A stretch of DNA of 64,000 nt from Nitrospirota bacterium (GTDB lineage: Bacteria; Nitrospirota; UBA9217), in assembly GCA_043731355.1 (NCBI GenBank), contig JAYTJE010000024.1, positions 421 to 64,420 of the forward strand, read 5' to 3'. Both the position numbers and the translations under genes were made by a program. Below, one piece after another: positions 59,458 through 64,000 of this stretch (position 1 is its first letter; every line of letters starts with the position of its first letter). The notes beneath the pieces were generated by a model that saw only the letters and a program-made list of their open reading frames with translations, was not told where the DNA came from and did not search any database.

Positions 59458-60717
59458 TTATTTCCAGTTTGTTGCCAGATATTCCTTGTTGCGCTCAAAG
59501 AACTGGCAGAGTTTTTCGATCTCCGCCTCCGCCTCTTGCTGACCCAGCTGCTCCACCTCCAAGATGAACGACGCGGTCTTCCCGAGATACAGCGGCGTCA
59601 GGGACTTTATGAGATGTTCGGCCGGCAGTTTCTTTTTGTGATAGGCCAGGGCATAATCATAGATGATGCGCGTCCAGAGCGCGAGCGGGAAACGAAACTC
59701 CCGGTCACCCAGTGTGCCGAGCCTTTCCACTTCCTTGAAATCGCCCGCCCCGAGAATATCGGTCCAGAGGGCGCCGAGGTTTTTAAGGCCTTCCCGGAAC
59801 AGATGCAGCATTCTCGGAGTATTCACGTTAATCGGCTCCAGTCCGACCGAGTACTCAAAACCAAAGGCGCCCACCGGTTCTGACCCGCGGACCGGCTTCC
59901 AGGCAGCGCTGTAGGTTTCCATGAGCCCGAACGTGGCGCCGACCACCTGGTAGAGCATGGAGCTCAGATCTGAACCGGGGTCCTTGGCATCATGGATCTT
60001 GGCGCCGAGAAAAGACTGGGTCACCTTGAACTGGTTCGCCAGGGCGGTCGTGGTCATCCAGATGTCGATGCCGAAGCGGGCCACGTCGGTCTGCCAGACG
60101 TCCTTGGTGAGATAGAATTCGGCAAGCCTGCCCGAGAAGCCGAAATCGCCGCCGATGGGCTGGCGCACACGCTTGCCGTACAGCGCCCGGGTCAGCGGAT
60201 ACACGATGCTGTTCGTGATGGTGCCGTCGTACTTATGCCGGTGGTACAGCGGCGCCACATAATCGAACCCGCCCGCAAGCACCGGCTTCACTAAAAGCTC
60301 CACCCATTCAGGGGTGATGCTCCTGAGGTCCGAGTCCACCACAACGCAGGCCTTTGCGTCGAGCGCCCCGGCCACTTCAAAGATCGTGCGGAAGGCGCTT
60401 CCCTTTCCCGGGATGCCGGAATAGGGGGTCGCTATCTTGAACAGAGGCTCCACGCGATGGTGAAGGAGGAGGGAGGCATAGTTTTCGATGGAGGTGCTCC
60501 GGACCACCTCGAGCGTATTGTCCGTTGAACCGCCGTCGGAATTGACGAGCACACTCTTACGGTCAGGGAAATACTTCGCCAGGCCTGCCTGCACGGCCCT
60601 GACCACGTGGCCGATCGTACGGGCGTTGTTGAAGCTCGGTATGCCGACAACGATGTCGGCGGACCCGACCTGCTTGACAAACTCCCGGACCTCCTGACGT
60701 TGAACGAGCTCAGCCAT
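59458..60717 (-). CDS. Mannosylglycerate synthase-like glycosyltransferase (GT78-like, one-step MG/GG synthase family)
   Basis: N-terminal GT-A fold (IVVGIPSFNN...DGGSTD) and resemblance to Rhodothermus MGS central region (FGIDIWM). Confidence 0.5.
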   Translation of the reverse strand: MAELVQRQEVREFVKQVGSADIVVGIPSFNNARTIGHVVRAVQAGLAKYFPDRKSVLVNSDGGSTDNTLEVVRSTSIENYASLLLHHRVEPLFKIATPYSGIPGKGSAFRTIFEVAGALDAKACVVVDSDLRSITPEWVELLVKPVLAGGFDYVAPLYHRHKYDGTITNSIVYPLTRALYGKRVRQPIGGDFGFSGRLAEFYLTKDVWQTDVARFGIDIWMTTTALANQFKVTQSFLGAKIHDAKDPGSDLSSMLYQVVGATFGLMETYSAAWKPVRGSEPVGAFGFEYSVGLEPINVNTPRMLHLFREGLKNLGALWTDILGAGDFKEVERLGTLGDREFRFPLALWTRIIYDYALAYHKKKLPAEHLIKSLTPLYLGKTASFILEVEQLGQQEAEAEIEKLCQFFERNKEYLATNWK

Positions 60718-60776
60718 AGGCGCCTATCCCTGTTTTTAGTATAGCCCAATGAAAGGTCCCTGTAAATCCTACCCTG

Positions 60777-62045
60777 CTATCGCTGGATCAGAATAATCTG
60801 GATATCCATCACGTTCGTACCGGTCGGTCCGGTCATAAGGTGGCGCTTTTCCTTGTCCAGAGCATCAAGTTTGCTGAAAAAATAATAGGAATCGTTGTTT
60901 CTTAGATACGGTTCGGGATGGACGCCGTATTCCCGGGCCTTTTGGGCTGTTGACCCGTCCACGAAGGCGCCGGCGGCGTCTGTGGGGCCGTCCGTGCCAT
61001 CCGTGCCTGCCGAGAGCAGGGTGACGCCGGGCGTACCCGCGATCTCGATCGCAAAGGCCAGGGCAAGCTCCTGGTTCCGTCCGCCTTTGCCGTTCCCGCG
61101 AACGGTGACCGTTGTCTCGCCGCCGTACAAGAGGCAGCGCCGCTCGCCCGGACCCAGCTCATCCCGTGTCTGCAAGGCCTTCCGCGCCATCAGACGGGCC
61201 GCATCCCGCGCTTCGCCCTGAAGCTCCGCCGTGACCACTTCCGCCCGCCATCCCAGGGACGCAGCCTTCTCCCGGGCGGCGGCAAGGGCTTGAGCAAGGC
61301 TTCCGACGATAACGTTCCTTGTGTTCAGGAAACAAACGTCGCCGCTTTTCACGGTTTCCGGCTCCTGCCCAGCCTTTCCTCGTTCGAGGAATAAGACCAC
61401 CTGCGATGGCGCCGCGGCTTTTAATCCATACTTTTCGATAACCGTTGCGGCATCGGCAAAGGTCGAGGTATCGGACGCCGTAGGCCCTGAGGCGATCACC
61501 TCGAGCCGGTCGCCGATGACGTCGGAGAGGATCAGCGTCACCACCGTTGCCGGGTGGGCGATCTGCGCGAGCCTGCCCCCCTTTACCGCCGAAAGGTGCT
61601 TCCGCACCGCGTTCAGATCATCGATGGTCGCACCGGCCCTGAGGAGTAATTCTGTCGTTCTCTGCTTATCCTCCAGCGTGACCCGGGGGAGCGGCGCTAC
61701 CAGCAGCGATGAACCGCCTCCCGAGAGGAGACAAATTACCAGGGTCTTCGCATCAGCGCGCCGGACCAGCTCAAGGATCCTCCGGGTGCCCTGAACTCCC
61801 GCTTCATCGGGAAGCGGGTGGCCGGCCTCGATCTGTTCGACAATCCGGAGCCCCGCAGTATGACCTTTTTTCACGATGATGAGCCCCTCGCTGATCCGTT
61901 CGCCCAGCGCGTCCTCCATCGCCAAAGCCATGCGTGCCGTTGCCTTCCCTGCCCCTACGAGGAGGATACGGGTGTAGGCGCCCAGTTCATACCTGGCTCC
62001 CGCCGCATAAAAATAGCCATTCTCAATGTGTGCCGCCCTGGTCAC
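60777..62045 (-). CDS. Glycerate 2-kinase (MOFRL family)
   Basis: MOFRL N- and C-domains, 422 aa. Confidence 0.75.
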   Translation of the reverse strand: MTRAAHIENGYFYAAGARYELGAYTRILLVGAGKATARMALAMEDALGERISEGLIIVKKGHTAGLRIVEQIEAGHPLPDEAGVQGTRRILELVRRADAKTLVICLLSGGGSSLLVAPLPRVTLEDKQRTTELLLRAGATIDDLNAVRKHLSAVKGGRLAQIAHPATVVTLILSDVIGDRLEVIASGPTASDTSTFADAATVIEKYGLKAAAPSQVVLFLERGKAGQEPETVKSGDVCFLNTRNVIVGSLAQALAAAREKAASLGWRAEVVTAELQGEARDAARLMARKALQTRDELGPGERRCLLYGGETTVTVRGNGKGGRNQELALAFAIEIAGTPGVTLLSAGTDGTDGPTDAAGAFVDGSTAQKAREYGVHPEPYLRNNDSYYFFSKLDALDKEKRHLMTGPTGTNVMDIQIILIQR

Positions 62046-62253
62046 CGCAGTGTAGGGGTCAACGGCAGTGAGCGCGGCAGTATAAATTTCCCTACAATGG
62101 TCCCGCAGAATAGTACTCCTGGCATGTCAAGATGATCACAGCGAGCTGCAATTGCTTCCCGGGGGGGCAAGGACGGAACTGACCTCACGCAACGACGATC
62201 AAAGAGAACATGTCCCCTCCCCCGGCCGGACCGGTGTGTGCATCAAAGGTCTT

Positions 62254-62604
62254 CTATTTTGCTTTCTTTGTTCTGGCCGAACGGGGTTCTTTTTCGAGAT
62301 CGGCGATCTGCGCATCGAGTTTTTTTATCTGCGCTACGAGGTCCTTCACCTGGGGATCGAGCGCAGGGTTCTTGACCCGGGACCCCATGAGCGCATAGAC
62401 ACGGGCGCCCAGGTCGGTCACCCCTTCATGCACCTTCGCCTTGAGCGTCAATATCTTATACTGACGCTTTCCCTCATCGGTCAGTTCCCCTGCCGTCTTT
62501 TGAGCGACGATGGCCCCTTTTTTCATGGCCGCCATGCCCTTCTCCATGCCCTTTTGCAGGTCTTTCTTGATACCTTCCCAGTCGATACTTTCAAAATAAC
62601 CCAT
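62254..62604 (-). CDS. Hypothetical coiled-coil protein
   Basis: ORF only. Confidence 0.3.
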   Translation of the reverse strand: MGYFESIDWEGIKKDLQKGMEKGMAAMKKGAIVAQKTAGELTDEGKRQYKILTLKAKVHEGVTDLGARVYALMGSRVKNPALDPQVKDLVAQIKKLDAQIADLEKEPRSARTKKAK

Positions 62605-62679
62605 GGCAATGCCTCCTCTTGCAGAGATAGGATAATTTGACCTGGTGATGCCGTTCTTTATGAGTATACCATGCCGAGA

Positions 62680-63501
62680 CTACGGCAGCTCGTTGATCAA
62701 TTTTATCACCGCTTCGTTCCACCCGGCGGGACCGATGCCTTCCGTCCGCACCAGACACGGGATGTCGATCCGGGCATCGTGCCTGTTGTTTTCTTTTTTA
62801 ACCAGGACCGGCACGTCGACGCTCAGGAGGAGAGGCAGGTCATTCAGACTGTCGCCGATGCCGATGGTCGTAACGGGTCCGTCTCTCTGTTCATAGAGCC
62901 TTCTCAGGATATTCATTGCCCTGCCCTTATGGTGGTCCCCCATGAAATGGAAGAACCTCCCCTGCGTCCAGCGGAGCCCCGCGCCCTCGATCTCCCCCAG
63001 GAACCGGTCATCAGGCTTGTCAGGAAAAATAAAAGGCTCCTCAAAATCTCTTTGTTTGGCAAGACGGGCTTCTTCAAAGGTCAGTCCGGTCAATGCGGCA
63101 ACTTCTCCGGCGCTCATATCGCCAAAACCGCGGACCGCGATCCCGAGGCGATCACGCATTGCGACGAACCGTTTTCGTATTTCCCCATAAGGCGAACCCA
63201 GGGAGATCACTTCATATCCGTCTTGTTGCTCGCCCGACTCGTGTGCGGGGAAATACCCCTTAGGAAGATAAATTCCCCCGCCGTTTTCGGAAATAAACGG
63301 ATGGATATTGTCCAGGCGCTTCCGGTACACCTCGAGCTCCGCACACGTTTTGCTGGAGCAAAGGACCAGCGGAATTTTCCTCTGCCGTACCAGTTCGAGC
63401 GCCGGCCCCGCTTCTTTAAAGGAGTAGGTCCGGGGATGCAGCAAAGTGCCATCCAGATCGGTGACAATTAGCAGGCGTTGGGAAAAAGTTCGCTCACTCA
63501 T
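62680..63501 (-). CDS. Mannosyl-3-phosphoglycerate phosphatase (HAD-IIB, YedP/MpgP family)
   Basis: HAD motif I DLDGTLL near the N-terminus, 273 aa. Confidence 0.7.
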   Translation of the reverse strand: MSERTFSQRLLIVTDLDGTLLHPRTYSFKEAGPALELVRQRKIPLVLCSSKTCAELEVYRKRLDNIHPFISENGGGIYLPKGYFPAHESGEQQDGYEVISLGSPYGEIRKRFVAMRDRLGIAVRGFGDMSAGEVAALTGLTFEEARLAKQRDFEEPFIFPDKPDDRFLGEIEGAGLRWTQGRFFHFMGDHHKGRAMNILRRLYEQRDGPVTTIGIGDSLNDLPLLLSVDVPVLVKKENNRHDARIDIPCLVRTEGIGPAGWNEAVIKLINELP

Positions 63502-63527
63502 GAAAGTCTTTCTTCTTCGCGATTTTT

Positions 63528-64000
63528 TTAATACTTTTCCTCAAAGCCTCGGCCAGGCTTTTCGGATGAGGCTGGTATTCGACAGCGCCGATATTCCTCA
63601 TTTCCTTCCCATGAGCAACCACGAGTGACGACGACAGTGAGGATGACCAGAATGAAACCTCCCAGAAGCCCCTTGAGAGGCGGCCATATTTTCAACCGGT
63701 GGCTCGTACGCTCGAAAAGACGAAGAAGCTCGATCAGCAGAAGAGAACAGAGTCCGAAAAAGATTCCCGCGGCGCAGACCTTGAGGAAGAAAAGGCTGCT
63801 GAACAGGGGAACAAACCGGATCGGTTCATGAAAATAGGTGATCCCCAGGGCGGAGGAAACCTGAAACGACACGATGCCCGCCACAAACGAGGGAAGCAGT
63901 ACTTCGTAAAGCATGCCGCCGACGAACAGGACCTCGACGCCAAAGATCGCGCCCGCGATCGGCGTACCGAACACCGCGGCAAAACCGGCGCTGATGCCGC
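63528..64000 (-). CDS. ClC-family chloride channel, C-terminal part (gene continues beyond the window end)
   Basis: GTPIAGAIFGVEVL selectivity-filter-like motif. Confidence 0.6.
   Translation of the reverse strand, partial: GISAGFAAVFGTPIAGAIFGVEVLFVGGMLYEVLLPSFVAGIVSFQVSSALGITYFHEPIRFVPLFSSLFFLKVCAAGIFFGLCSLLLIELLRLFERTSHRLKIWPPLKGLLGGFILVILTVVVTRGCSWEGNEEYRRCRIPASSEKPGRGFEEKY

Overview
High-GC chromosomal segment with deltaproteobacterial character (rpoN/PTS-Ntr cluster, Mla, Lpt, CbiMQO, trp operon, many selenium/redox and second-messenger genes). About 95% of real genes are on the minus strand, and most plus-strand ORFs in the track are antisense artefacts of GC-rich coding DNA. Order, low to high coordinate, all minus strand unless stated: thiL, lon, galU, mlaD-like/mlaF/mlaE, alr, a zinc-ribbon micro-ORF, cobD, then a long regulatory block (ptsI, ptsH, mannose-family PTS IID/IIC/IIB/IIA, rapZ, hprK, ptsN, hpf, rpoN, lptB, lptA, lptC). 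Next come a GAF-PAS sensor, the cbiO/cbiQ/cbiM cobalt ECF transporter, a DUF360 membrane protein, a Big_2 lipoprotein, dcd, accD, and a cAMP/c-di-GMP module (class-II PDE, CHASE2 adenylate cyclase, Crp-like receptor, GAF-HD-GYP). The trp operon follows, reading trpE-G-D-C-F-B then trpA on the minus strand. The most striking feature is a ~6.5 kb accessory island wedged between trpB and trpA. It carries two paralogous caspase (peptidase C14) lipoproteins, one with ankyrin repeats, a DUF4384/LPP20 secreted partner, and four toxin-antitoxin-like modules (HicAB, DUF5615/DUF433/BrnA-like, and a frameshifted RelE plus antitoxin). It is punctuated by three copies of a ~140-bp hairpin-terminated repeat and a 65-bp duplication of the trpB 3' end. 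Downstream of the trp operon are a GyrB/ParE-type topoisomerase B, small lipoproteins, an M48-TPR protease, a Trx2-like thioredoxin, an FdhE-like protein, di-haem cytochrome c peroxidase, VapBC, and a DsbA-like gene whose CxxC cysteine codon is an in-frame TGA (candidate selenoprotein, U-P-H-C). Then come an HMA protein and a compatible-solute cluster (MPGS-like GT, MGS-like GT, glycerate kinase, MPG phosphatase) and a partial ClC channel. Other recurring oddities: a 27-nt in-frame module encoding QGPGSRGKG in both thiL and trpE, heptanucleotide tandem repeats, two ~98-bp MITE-like palindromic elements, and phased ATCYGCG heptad arrays in several intergenic regions. No rRNA, tRNA, CRISPR array, transposase or integrase was recognised.
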